The translations under genes were made by a program, and so were the position numbers. The notes beneath the pieces are model-generated. The model was not told the origin of the DNA and made no database searches. It worked only from the letters and a program-made list of their open reading frames with translations. DNA of 62,383 nt, filler included, from Deltaproteobacteria bacterium (GTDB lineage Bacteria > JAUYMQ01): the NCBI GenBank assembly GCA_030698575.1. It is 10 parts of 10 records of this genome, joined end to end, with 100 filler letters (N's around TTAATTAATTAA, not from the genome) between each part and the next. Parts side by side here need not be neighbours in the genome. Positions count along the whole stretch, not along the records: positions 39,763 to 55,020 come from JAUYMQ010000104.1; positions 55,121 to 59,067 come from JAUYMQ010000118.1; positions 59,168 to 62,383 come from JAUYMQ010000121.1; 7 more parts are not named here. One strand, given 5' to 3'. Shown in pieces: positions 52,709 to 61,875 of the stretch; the stretch's first letter is position 1; every line of letters starts with the position of its first letter.

Positions 52709-53544
52709 GATCGATCGGAGCAGCAGTCCTGACGCTGGTGGCCTTCATGCTCGCGGCTTGTGGCCAGGGGAGCGATCATTACGAGACCGCCGGCAAGGTC
52801 GTCTCGGTGAACGAGGCGGACCGCGTGATCAAGGTGGCGCACGAGGACATCCCGGGTTTCATGCCCGCCATGACCATGAACTTCGACGTGGCCCCTGGCC
52901 TGCCGATTGCGGGCGTTCATCCGGGCGACGAGATTCGTTTCACGATCGAGCGGACTTCAAGGAGCCTGCGCGTGACCCGGCTCCAGCGTGTGCGCGCCGG
53001 CGCCGCCTTCACCGTTGCAGAAGAGGCGGGGCGCAGCGGCTCGGAGGACTCGCCGCTCGATCCGCGCCCGGCGCCGGAGATCCGGCTCGTCGATCAGGCG
53101 GGGCAGCCCTTTTCACTCGAGACCCTTCGCGGCCGCGCTGTGCTCCTGGATTTCATCTTCACCAGCTGCACCGGCCCATGCCCCATTCTGACGGGGGCCC
53201 ATGCCCGGCTTCAGCAGCGCCTTCCGGCGGATCTTCGCGCGCGCGTTCATCTGCTTTCCGTCACCGTCGATCCGGCAAACGACACGCCGGAAAAGCTCAC
53301 GGAGTACGCGCGCTCCCAGGGAGCGGATCTCACCAACTGGACCTTCCTCACCGGCGAAACCGATGCGGTGCAGGAGGTCCTTTCGAGCTACCACGTCGGA
53401 AGCGTTCGACTGGAGGATGGCAGCCTGAACCACACGGTCGTCACCTACCTGATCGGACCCGACGGAAACATTCGGCGTTACTACCTCGGGCTCGAGCACG
53501 CTCAGGAAGAGGTGATGACCGATCTGCTCGAGGTGCTCTCATGA
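52705..53544 (+). CDS. Lipoprotein: CusF-like copper-binding domain fused to SCO1/SenC
   Basis: Lipobox LAAC; HEDIPGFMPAMTMNF; FTSCTGPCP (CxxxC) and a distal His. Confidence 0.88.
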   Translation: MRSIGAAVLTLVAFMLAACGQGSDHYETAGKVVSVNEADRVIKVAHEDIPGFMPAMTMNFDVAPGLPIAGVHPGDEIRFTIERTSRSLRVTRLQRVRAGAAFTVAEEAGRSGSEDSPLDPRPAPEIRLVDQAGQPFSLETLRGRAVLLDFIFTSCTGPCPILTGAHARLQQRLPADLRARVHLLSVTVDPANDTPEKLTEYARSQGADLTNWTFLTGETDAVQEVLSSYHVGSVRLEDGSLNHTVVTYLIGPDGNIRRYYLGLEHAQEEVMTDLLEVLS

Positions 53545-53957
53545 GGCGTGCCGTTGCGCTCGGAGGTCTCCTTGCGCTCTTCATCCTTCCGGCCTGCGGC
53601 GGCGAATCGATCCGGACCACCGACATCGAGGCGCGTGTCGTCGCCCTGGAGCGGCGGCTCGCGGAAACGTGCGCCTGTCACCCGCGGAAGATCGAAGGCC
53701 TTCCGGTTCAGCAGCGGATACGCGCGGACATCCGGGGGTGGTTGGCGGAGGGGAAGGACGACAGAGAGATCCTCTGGCTGGGCTTCACCCGCTACGGGAG
53801 TGAGCTACTCGCGGCCGGAATAGAGGACCTGGAGGGTCGGGTTTGGCTTGCCCTATGGATCGTTACCTTCATCGCCCTCCTGGCTTTCATGCTCCTCGTC
53901 GCCAATATGCGTCGCCGCGACCCTCCGCCTGCGGGCCCTCCGGGGATCGACGGCTGA
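53541..53957 (+). CDS. CcmH-like lipoprotein with atypical Cys motif
   Basis: LPAC lipobox; LAETCACH...IRADIRGWLAEGKDDREI...RYG..L; C-terminal TM. Confidence 0.6.
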   Translation: MRRAVALGGLLALFILPACGGESIRTTDIEARVVALERRLAETCACHPRKIEGLPVQQRIRADIRGWLAEGKDDREILWLGFTRYGSELLAAGIEDLEGRVWLALWIVTFIALLAFMLLVANMRRRDPPPAGPPGIDG

Positions 53958-54067
53958 GCGTTGATGCACCCCGCCGGAGCCGTCGTCGCGGCGGCTTGAT
54001 CTGCCACTCCCGGTCGGCTAACTTCTGCGTATTCTCAATAACCATGTAAAGAGAGAGGAGTCCGCCC

Positions 54068-55020
54068 ATGGCAAAGGTGCGCAAGACCGTGCGGAAAGGC
54101 ACCGGAAGCAGGCCCGTGAAGTCGGCCGGACGATCACTTCGTACGGGGAAGGGCGCGTCGCCCGCTTCGAGACCGATCGTGGGTGCTGCGGCGGAGTCGC
54201 AGGGGGCAACGGGAAAGGACACGCTGACGGTCACCGACAACAGAAACGGCCGCACCTACGAGCTTCCTATTCTGAAGGGGCAGGAAGGCGAGGCCATCCG
54301 CGCCCAGGATCTGCGGCAGATCAAGGTGTCGCCGGACGATTTTGGTTTGCTGAGCTACGATCCGGCCTTCACGAACACGGCCTCCTGCAAGAGCGCGATT
54401 ACCTGGATCGACGGTGACAAGGGCATTCTCGAGTACCGCGGCTACCCGATCGAGGTGCTTGCGGAAAAGTCGACCTACCTCGAGGTCGCCTACCTACTGG
54501 TGCACGGCGAACTTCCCACGCGACCCAAGCTCCAGGAGTGGCGACGAAGCATCACGCTCCACACCTTCACCCACGAGAACATCAAGAAGTTCATCAACGG
54601 GTTCCTCTACGACGCCCATCCGATGGGAATTCTCGTGACGGCCGTGGCCGCGCTCTCGACCTTCTACCCCGCCGCGCGGAACATCTTCGACTCCGACAAC
54701 CGGCGGCTCCAGATCTACAGGCTCATCGGCAAGATGCCCACGCTCGCGGCCGCCGCTTACCGCCACAGTCTCGGGATGCCCTACGTTTACCCCGACAACG
54801 AGCTGTCATACACCGGCAATCTGCTGAGCATGCTCTTCAAGGTCGCGGAGCCGAGGTACAGCCCGGATCCGGTTCTCGAAAGGGCGCTCGACGTGCTCTT
54901 CATTCTTCACGCGGATCACGAGCAGAACTGCAGCACGAACGCGATGCGATCCGTAGGTTCGAGCAACGTCGACGCCTACTCGTCTGTCGCGGCCGCCACG
55001 GCGGCTCTCTACGGTCCGCT
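54068..55020 (+). CDS. gltA: Citrate synthase, 3' truncated
   Basis: YDPAFTNTASC, IDGDKGILEYRGY, AHPMG, LHADHEQNCST. Confidence 0.95.
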
Positions 55021-55120
55021 NNNNNNNNNNNNNNNNNNNNNNNNNNNNNNNNNNNNNNNNNNNNTTAATTAATTAANNNNNNNNNNNNNNNNNNNNNNNN
55101 NNNNNNNNNNNNNNNNNNNN

Positions 55121-55460
55121 CGCGGAATCCGATTTCTGGTCTGGGTTGCTGCTGGGTGACGAGCTGGAAGTATTTCAAGACGCTGCCCCGTCTCTGAAAG
55201 AACAGGGCTTGGTCCACGTAGCTTTCTTTCGTGTATTGCGCGGCACCGCCGATCACTGCACCAACCATCTGCTGCTTCAGCTCGCCGTCTGGGATCCGAA
55301 ATTCTGCAGTGTCGAACCCTACACGCTCCAAGTGGTCAAGGGCGCCGTGGTACTCCTGGACTAAGCCTTCCGGCACTCCGTGAAGCGAGTTCAGATTCGC
55401 CAGTGTTTCCTTCAGCGCTGCCAGGCGCGCATAAGCGCGCGTCACTCGGTCGTCGGCCAT
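55121..55460 (-). CDS. Hypothetical protein (element cargo), stop not captured
   Basis: GAAGGAG RBS, ATG 55460; ends ...RPEIGFR at the contig edge. Confidence 0.7.
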
Positions 55461-55544
55461 TTTGAGGTCTCCTTCGTTTTGATGGTTGACGTAGGCTACT
55501 ATGCGTAGGTCCCCTTCGGCAACTTGTACCCAGGTAGGGGCCGC

Positions 55545-56102
55545 ATGAGCAACGACCACAGGATTCGAAACAGCGTCATCGCCGGCCTGATCGTGGCCGC
55601 CGCCGTTGCGATCGCGAAACTCTTCTCAGGGGTCTTCCCTGTCATCATCGCCGCGATCGGCTCCGCCTTGGCCGGGATCTTCAGGCACCTCACCTCATCG
55701 GTGGATGTTCCCCGAGGGATCGTCTACATCGCTTCGCTGGCTGGAGGCGTTTGGGCCATTCGTCGCATGAGACGTGCGCACAAGGCGGCGGCAGCCGTGG
55801 CGAAACCGGCCCAACCGGATTGGCCCGAATACACGCAGGACCGTTTCCTTGGTGTGGTCTGGAGGTGGCAGTACGACCGGGATGGCCTCCCCGTGTATCT
55901 CGCTGCGTTCTGCCCCTTCTGTGACATGCAGCTCAGATCAAGTGAGTATCCTGGGTTCAGGTTTCCGGCGGACCTCTGCTGCGATCGATGCGACAAGCGC
56001 TGGAGCGGCAAGAAGAGTTGGGAGGCAACGCAGATCTACGTGACCCTTGAGGTGCAGCGCAATCTCCGCTCCCTGGCCTGGCGTCACCGACTCACACCCT
56101 AG
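55545..56102 (+). CDS. Hypothetical membrane protein with C4 zinc ribbon (element cargo)
   Basis: N-terminal hydrophobic segments; CPFC...CDRC. Confidence 0.7.
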   Translation: MSNDHRIRNSVIAGLIVAAAVAIAKLFSGVFPVIIAAIGSALAGIFRHLTSSVDVPRGIVYIASLAGGVWAIRRMRRAHKAAAAVAKPAQPDWPEYTQDRFLGVVWRWQYDRDGLPVYLAAFCPFCDMQLRSSEYPGFRFPADLCCDRCDKRWSGKKSWEATQIYVTLEVQRNLRSLAWRHRLTP

Positions 56103-56585
56103 TCCGGGCTTCGCGGCCGCGAGCGCATCGACCAGCACCCCGATCCCGAGCAGCTTTCCGGCCCGCCTTAGCCGCTTCATGATCGCCTCGTCCTCGGGGG
56201 ACGGGCCTGTGTCGCCCGTCATGTGGAGCACCGCATAACGCCGGGGGGGGTGGTTGTGGCCGCACATGATCGCGGCCGAGTTCGCGAGGATAGCCGCCTG
56301 ACGACCTCACGGGGATGGCCGATCGCGGCGTTCAGGCTGTCGATCGAGATCGTCTCCGCCGCCCGGACACGGCTGCGCGTATCCAGATGCAGCACTACGA
56401 AATGCTCCCGGTCCGTGTTCCCGATCAGACGGGCCAGAAGGCTGCCGGCATCCTCCGGGCGGGAGATTCTCACTCCAGGCTCCGCGACCTGTGCGGTGAG
56501 TTCGGTGGCCAGAAGCGGACCTGACGTGCCCGCCCGCCGGATTGCGAGCATAGGTCTTTGGAGCGTGCCGCCGTCTCTTCGACAC
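56099..56585 (-). pseudogene. radC: RadC/JAB-domain pseudogene
   Basis: DREHFVVLHLD...HPREV, frameshift near 56299, then AAIMCGHNHP-[PRRYAVLHM]-TGDTGPSPED...AGKLLGI; the LDH motif has degenerated. Confidence 0.8.
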
Positions 56586-56847
56586 TAGGGCCTCCCCGCT
56601 GTCGCCGTTCCGGATGCGGAACGCGCGAAGGGAAGCCTGAGCTGAGCGTCATCGGGAGGGGGTTGGTCCTGCACGGCTGGCCACGTCTGTCTTGCGGGGA
56701 ATCCGCCAACTAGAAAATCGTCAGGACCGGAGATCCGAGCAGCCGCGTCCTGCCGTGGAGCGGGGGCGCCCGGGCTTGGGGCCGCGTACTCAAAGTCGCG
56801 GGACCGGCCTTCTGAGAGCCTGCGTTTTGGGCTGACCGATCGGACGA

Positions 56848-59010
56848 TCAATCGAGTAGGTCCCGAACCGCGCCTGGCGGTGCAGGCGCCCCTCCCTCCC
56901 ACTCCGAGACGTCCTGCTGCCGAACCCCAATTATCCGCGCCAGATCCTTCTGCCGTAGTCCGTGCCGCTCGCGATAGGCCCGGATCCGGTCGCCCAAACT
57001 TCGGAGGTTCATCTTATCCCCGACCGTCCCGGTGCCCGTGAGCTCCCGGATTAGGCCCCGGTACCGAATCCCGGGCCGGCTCCGGCTGTGCTCCCACTTC
57101 CAGATTGTCGTCGGGTCCACCGACCACTTTCTGGCCAGCTCTTCGATGGAGATCCCGGCGGCGGTGCGTGCGCGCCTGAGCTCGTCTCCGAGCGTCGTGA
57201 CTCCGACCACGTCGCGAGGGTCATAGCCGAGGAAGTCGAGCACCCCAGGCAGGAGTCGGAGCGCCGGTGCCGTGGTTCCTCCCTCCCAATTGGATATGGT
57301 GGGCGGCCGGACACGGAGGCGCTTCGCCAGCTGCCGCTGGGTGAGTCCCTGCTCCAACCGCTTCCGGCGCAGGTGGTCGCCCACATGCCGAAGATCCGTA
57401 GACCATGTAGTGCCAGTGCGTTGCGACGATCGGAGGGTCAGATCACAAAATGGCAACGCAGGGGTGAAGTTGCGTTGCCATTTTGTGACGTCTTCAGGAG
57501 CGGAAGGAGGGAGATAGCTGAGATGGAGCTCGACGTTATTGTCCCCGATGACGATCCGGTCGACGATGGTTTCGACGATCTCGCGCCGCTCGTCCGGGGT
57601 GAGGGATGGCCAGCGGGAGTAGAGGTCGCGGGCCTCGGTCAGGATCTCGTCGCGGTTCAGATACTGGATCTTTCGGAAGTCGACCTCGCTCTGGAGCACG
57701 GGAAGTTCATTCTCGATCTGCTGGAGGCGCTCTTCCAGGGGACGGTACTGCCGGCCGAAGCCCTGGACCGATATCTCGTCGTTGACGTAGGCATGGTACA
57801 CGCGGTCCATTTCCCGGGCGACGCGGGCGCGCTCGGTCGTGAGCGACTGGAGCGCGGCTTCCTTCGCTCCGATCTCCTCGTCGGCCTGCGTCAGATGGCG
57901 GGCGATCTCCTCGGGGGAGAAGACAAAGCCCTTGAGCTGCTCACCGAAGACTGCGTCGAGATCCGTGATCGCGATCTTGTTGTGGCATGTCTTACAGCCG
58001 TACTTCGTCGTCTTCGACAGCACGTACATGGTCTGGCCGCAGGTGCAGGTGACGAGGCCGGCGAAGAGGTGGACCGCTTTCTTCGCCGGGCGCTGGCCAT
58101 TCTGTCGGCGCTCGCCCAAGAGCGCGTTGGCGGTGGTCCAGATCTCCTCTGAGACGATGGCTTCGACCGGGGTGAGCACCCAATCACTCGGGGGCTTGAG
58201 CGTCCAGTGCTTCTTCTCGCCGAGCGAGCGGGTGTAGTTGGCCCGTCGGACGCCTTTCGCGGTGGGGTCACGGAGGAGGCGGTCCACGGTGGTGTCGGTG
58301 AACTTGGAGCCGTTCCGGGTGCGATAGCCCTTCTCGTTGAGCAGCCGCGCGACGGCTTTCTTCCGCTTGTGCTCCAAGAAGAGCTCGTACATGAGCCGCC
58401 GGACCGGGGCTTCTTGGGGGTCGGGGACGAGCTCGCGGTTCTCCCAGCGGTACCCGAAGGGGGCCGCACCCCCGAGCGGCTTGCCGAGCTTGGCACGGAT
58501 CGGGACCGAGGCGGCGACCCGCTCGGCGATCTCCTCCCGCTCCCACTGGGCCATGGCGGCGACGACCGTGAAGAAGAGGCGTCCTGCCGGGGTGGACGTG
58601 TCGATCGCCTCGGAGAGGGAGATCAGGTCGGCGTCATGTTCCCGGAAGATGTCGGCGAACTCGAGGAGCTCCCGCGTGTTGCGGGCCAGCCGAGCGAGCT
58701 TCGAGAAGATGAGTCCGGAGATGTGTCCGAGCCGGACATGTTCGAGCATCCGGTCGGTCTCGGGATTGCCCATGACGGTTTTTCCGGACACTGCTTCGAG
58801 GTGGTAGACCTCGCGGACCCGCCAGCCCTTAGCTTCGGCGTACATGTGGGCCCGCTTCTCGTGGTGCTCCGGGCTTTCGCCCTTGGCCTGGTCCTCGGTG
58901 GAGACGCGAATCCAGATGCCGACCTGCTTGGCGGCGGGGTCGATGTGACCGTTGTTTTTTGGCACGGCGGCAACCCTCTTCACGGCCTCGGAGTGAGAAG
59001 ATGAGCGCAC
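56848..59010 (-). CDS. Large serine recombinase fused to three XRE-family HTH domains
   Basis: RVSTEDQ catalytic Ser, LARLARN, PFGY, recombinase domain, CTCG...CKTC zinc ribbon and coiled coil. Then three repeats of GD.LR..R...G..Q..LA...V...I..WE. Confidence 0.9.
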   Translation of the reverse strand: MRSSSHSEAVKRVAAVPKNNGHIDPAAKQVGIWIRVSTEDQAKGESPEHHEKRAHMYAEAKGWRVREVYHLEAVSGKTVMGNPETDRMLEHVRLGHISGLIFSKLARLARNTRELLEFADIFREHDADLISLSEAIDTSTPAGRLFFTVVAAMAQWEREEIAERVAASVPIRAKLGKPLGGAAPFGYRWENRELVPDPQEAPVRRLMYELFLEHKRKKAVARLLNEKGYRTRNGSKFTDTTVDRLLRDPTAKGVRRANYTRSLGEKKHWTLKPPSDWVLTPVEAIVSEEIWTTANALLGERRQNGQRPAKKAVHLFAGLVTCTCGQTMYVLSKTTKYGCKTCHNKIAITDLDAVFGEQLKGFVFSPEEIARHLTQADEEIGAKEAALQSLTTERARVAREMDRVYHAYVNDEISVQGFGRQYRPLEERLQQIENELPVLQSEVDFRKIQYLNRDEILTEARDLYSRWPSLTPDERREIVETIVDRIVIGDNNVELHLSYLPPSAPEDVTKWQRNFTPALPFCDLTLRSSQRTGTTWSTDLRHVGDHLRRKRLEQGLTQRQLAKRLRVRPPTISNWEGGTTAPALRLLPGVLDFLGYDPRDVVGVTTLGDELRRARTAAGISIEELARKWSVDPTTIWKWEHSRSRPGIRYRGLIRELTGTGTVGDKMNLRSLGDRIRAYRERHGLRQKDLARIIGVRQQDVSEWEGGAPAPPGAVRDLLD
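57443..57488. repeat. Perfect 18-bp inverted repeat with 10-bp spacer (attP-like site) inside the recombinase ORF
   Basis: TCACAAAATGGCAACGCA-GGGGTGAAGT-TGCGTTGCCATTTTGTGA. Confidence 0.85.
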
Positions 59011-59167
59011 TCTATCCGGTGCGCGGTCATGGTTCCAGGGAAAGAGGCTGGAAGCGAACCGTATTACNNNNNNNNNNNNNNNNNNNNNNNNNNNNNNNNN
59101 NNNNNNNNNNNTTAATTAATTAANNNNNNNNNNNNNNNNNNNNNNNNNNNNNNNNNNNNNNNNNNNN

Positions 59168-59619
59168 GCCACGTCGCCGAGGGTGAACTGCTCGCCGGCC
59201 AGCCAACTCTTCGCGTCAATCTCCCGGTCGAGTGTCTGAAGCAGCTGTTGATACTCCTCCAGCGCCTCCACCCGCTTCTCTTCCGGACCCATCACGGCCC
59301 GCCAGCCGGCGCGCATGAGGTGGTTGTTCGCGAAATCAGTCCAGATCCGCACGTAGGCGCGACCCGCCGCGGTTGGGGGCATGAGCGCGGGTTCGGGATA
59401 CTTCTCGTCGAGGTATTCATTGATGATCGCCGACTCGTAAATCCGCGCGTCGCCGTCGATGAGCACCGGCACCTTCCCGTAGGGACTTATCTCCTTGAAG
59501 TTCGCCGGCTTGTTCTTGAGATCGATCTCGATGTGCTCGTGCGGGAGCTTCTTCTCCTCGAGCACGATGCGCGTCCTGAGCGCGTAGGGGCAGTAGAAGG
59601 TCGAGTAGAGCTTCATCAT
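59168..59619 (-). CDS. Glutathione S-transferase (SspA/omega-like), 3' truncated
   Basis: CPYALR, SPYGKVPVL, ESAIINEYLDE. Confidence 0.9.
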
Positions 59620-59856
59620 GGCGGAGCCTCCGTTTCAGCCCCCGAACCGCGCCGCGAGGAAGTACGGTTCGGCAAGCATTTTCCCATCTGGATCCCATCA
59701 GGGTATGAAGCCGGCCTGCCAGCGTCAAGCCTGCGCCCGGCGCCGACAGAGGCCAACGATTGATCGAGCGTGAGGCCGGGTTGATGGGACGGTGATGTTG
59801 GGGCATAGTAGCGGTTGCCTTCAACCACAGCCATGAGCCTCGAGTCCGTATAACCG

Positions 59857-60678
59857 ATGAGCATTCCCGCCAAAAAATCCCTTCAAGGGCTCCTTCTCGC
59901 AGCGCTGCTCCTGCTACCGATTCATCCTTCAGCTGCGCCGCAGGCCGCTGCAGAAGTGACCGCCGGATCCTCTCCTAGAAGTGCGATCGATCCGCGGGCG
60001 CTCGACGCGCTCCGGGTGGCCATGAAGACCCTGAGCGAGGCGCGGAGCTTCACCTTTCGAGCGGATTCCACCTACGACATCCTGCAGCCCTCGGGTTGGA
60101 TGCTCCAGTTCACGGTGACGCACGAATTTTCGGTGCGCCGTCCCGACCGCGCCCACGCATTGGTTTTGCAAGACGACGGAACGAAGCGCGAGGTCTGGTA
60201 CAACGGGCGCTACCTGGCGATGCACGACGCAGCCGAGAACGTCTACGGCACGCTCGACGTCCCGCACTCACTCGATGAGACGCTCGACTATCTCGAGGAG
60301 CGCCAGATCGTGCGCCTTCCCGTCTCGGATCTCCTTTATAGCGATCTCACTTTCCTCGAGACCCGGGCCAGCGATGGCATCTACGTCGGCGAGAGCCGGA
60401 TCGGCGGAGCGCGGTGCGATCATCTGGCTTTCGGAAACGACGAGGTCGAGTGGCAGGTCTGGATCGACCGGGGCACGAAGCCGCTTTTCCGGAAGTTCCT
60501 CATCACCTACAAGCAGCAGCCCGGAAAGCCTCAATTCGCGACCCTGCTCTCGCGATGGAATCTGTCCGCCCGCCTGCCGGATACATTGTTCCTCTTCACG
60601 CCTCCGGCTTCGGCAGAGCGTATCGAATTCCTGTCGTTGCCCGCGCCGACCGGTCGGAAGACGGAGGGCGCCAAATGA
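59857..60678 (+). CDS. Secreted DUF2092-like protein
   Basis: Signal peptide; RRPDR, YNG, P.SDLL, CDHLAF...WQVWI. Confidence 0.8.
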   Translation: MSIPAKKSLQGLLLAALLLLPIHPSAAPQAAAEVTAGSSPRSAIDPRALDALRVAMKTLSEARSFTFRADSTYDILQPSGWMLQFTVTHEFSVRRPDRAHALVLQDDGTKREVWYNGRYLAMHDAAENVYGTLDVPHSLDETLDYLEERQIVRLPVSDLLYSDLTFLETRASDGIYVGESRIGGARCDHLAFGNDEVEWQVWIDRGTKPLFRKFLITYKQQPGKPQFATLLSRWNLSARLPDTLFLFTPPASAERIEFLSLPAPTGRKTEGAK

Positions 60679-61445
60679 TGAACGCCTCTCGAAGCAGGCT
60701 GATCGTCGCGATCGCGATCGCGGTTCTCTTTCTGGCAGCGGAGATGGCGGCCGCTCGTGGTGGTGGGGGACGTGGCGGCGGAGGAGGCGGCGGCGGCGGG
60801 CGCGGAGGGGGCTCCCACGGCGGCGGGGGAATCTCCCGCAGTGGGGGCATGTCTCAACACTCCGTCCGCAACAGCGGAGGGCGGCCCTCCGGGGGCAATC
60901 GCAGCTACAGCAGTGCAAACTCCCGTTTTGAGACGCATCAATTCGATAGCCGCGACAGCCGCTACAACCGCCCCAGCGAGATCGGACAGGCCAGGCCAAG
61001 TGCCGGGCAACTCCCTGCGCAGCGCCCGGCCTACGGAAACCGCCCAGGGGACAGGCCCAACCCACCCGGAGACAGGCCGGGCTATGGAAACCGCCCTGAA
61101 GACAGGCCCGGCAGCGAGGATCGCGAGAAGAATCGGGAAGATCGCCAGAAGGATCGGGAGAACTACTGGAAGGATCAGAACAAGGGCCGGGATAACTACG
61201 ACGATCACCGCGACGAGGCTTACGGGCGGGCGGTCGAGTGGCGCGAGGACCGCCAGGATTTCATCGAGGACAACCTCTACTACCGCGGCCGTTACCTGCA
61301 CGGCGTGTCGATCTTTTACAGTGTCCCCTGCACCTACACCGTCGAGTTCGTGAACGAGTACCGCTACTACCGCTGCGGGAACACCTGGTACGACCAGGTT
61401 TACTACGAGGGAGCGGTCCGTTACATCGTGATCACCGAGCCCTAG
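60675..61445 (+). CDS. Secreted Gly/Arg-rich low-complexity protein with small Cys/Tyr-rich C-terminal domain
   Basis: Signal peptide, poly-Gly, GNRP repeats, YYRCGNTWY; ATGA overlap with the upstream gene. Confidence 0.75.
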   Translation: MMNASRSRLIVAIAIAVLFLAAEMAAARGGGGRGGGGGGGGGRGGGSHGGGGISRSGGMSQHSVRNSGGRPSGGNRSYSSANSRFETHQFDSRDSRYNRPSEIGQARPSAGQLPAQRPAYGNRPGDRPNPPGDRPGYGNRPEDRPGSEDREKNREDRQKDRENYWKDQNKGRDNYDDHRDEAYGRAVEWREDRQDFIEDNLYYRGRYLHGVSIFYSVPCTYTVEFVNEYRYYRCGNTWYDQVYYEGAVRYIVITEP

Positions 61446-61628
61446 CTCGCCCTCGCATGTACTTTCCCGATCCCGCTCGCTTTACCTCAGGGAACTCTCG
61501 AAGTTCAGGATAGTCCGGTACTTCAGCGCCCAGTCATCCACCCCGCTCTCGTCGGGCTAAGATCGCTGCTGGAAAAACACTTGGGGGCCGGTCATCGGTA
61601 GGGTAGTTCAGCTTGCCGGGGTGGTTTG

Positions 61629-61865
61629 CTATGGCAGGTGGACACGCACTTGTCGGCCACGTCGCTTGACAGAAATGGCAATGGCGTCGGGTGAGTTCAC
61701 CATATGGAGGTGCTGCTCGCCGAAATAGACGTTGTTCAACGGGTTGGGCTTGCCGGAGGGGCCTCCCGGCTCACCAGCCGATTCCGCCAACGCTTCGTTG
61801 TTGTTCACCGCGAGCATCCCCAGCGAAATTCCCACCAGAAGGAAACTCAAAAAAAGACGGTTCAT
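61629..61865 (-). pseudogene. N-terminal remnant of a DUF3604-like secreted protein
   Basis: Signal peptide then NPLNNVYFGEQHLH..NSPDA, then an early stop. Confidence 0.6.
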
Positions 61866-61875
61866 GGTTTGCTCC

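Larger units (their letters stand above)
55121..59067. mobile_element. Serine-recombinase integrative element (contig fragment)
   Basis: Large serine recombinase, radC remnant, unknown cargo ORFs and an att-like palindrome. Element boundaries are not visible. Confidence 0.7.

Noticed and set aside
51571-53544. 657-aa ORF as a large SCO fusion
   Set aside because: The N-terminal part overlaps GST and ctaG out of frame; the real start is ATG 52705 with a lipoprotein signal.
57443-57488. Palindrome as an intrinsic terminator
   Set aside because: It lies inside a continuous ORF, the T run is part of the stem rather than following it, and size and position fit an att site better. Not fully excluded.
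55121-59067. Contig as a complete circular excised element
   Set aside because: No terminal overlap is visible and the left ORF is cut at the edge; circularity cannot be shown.
60760-61120. GGC and GNRP repeats as a DNA repeat element
   Set aside because: Explained by low-complexity protein coding.
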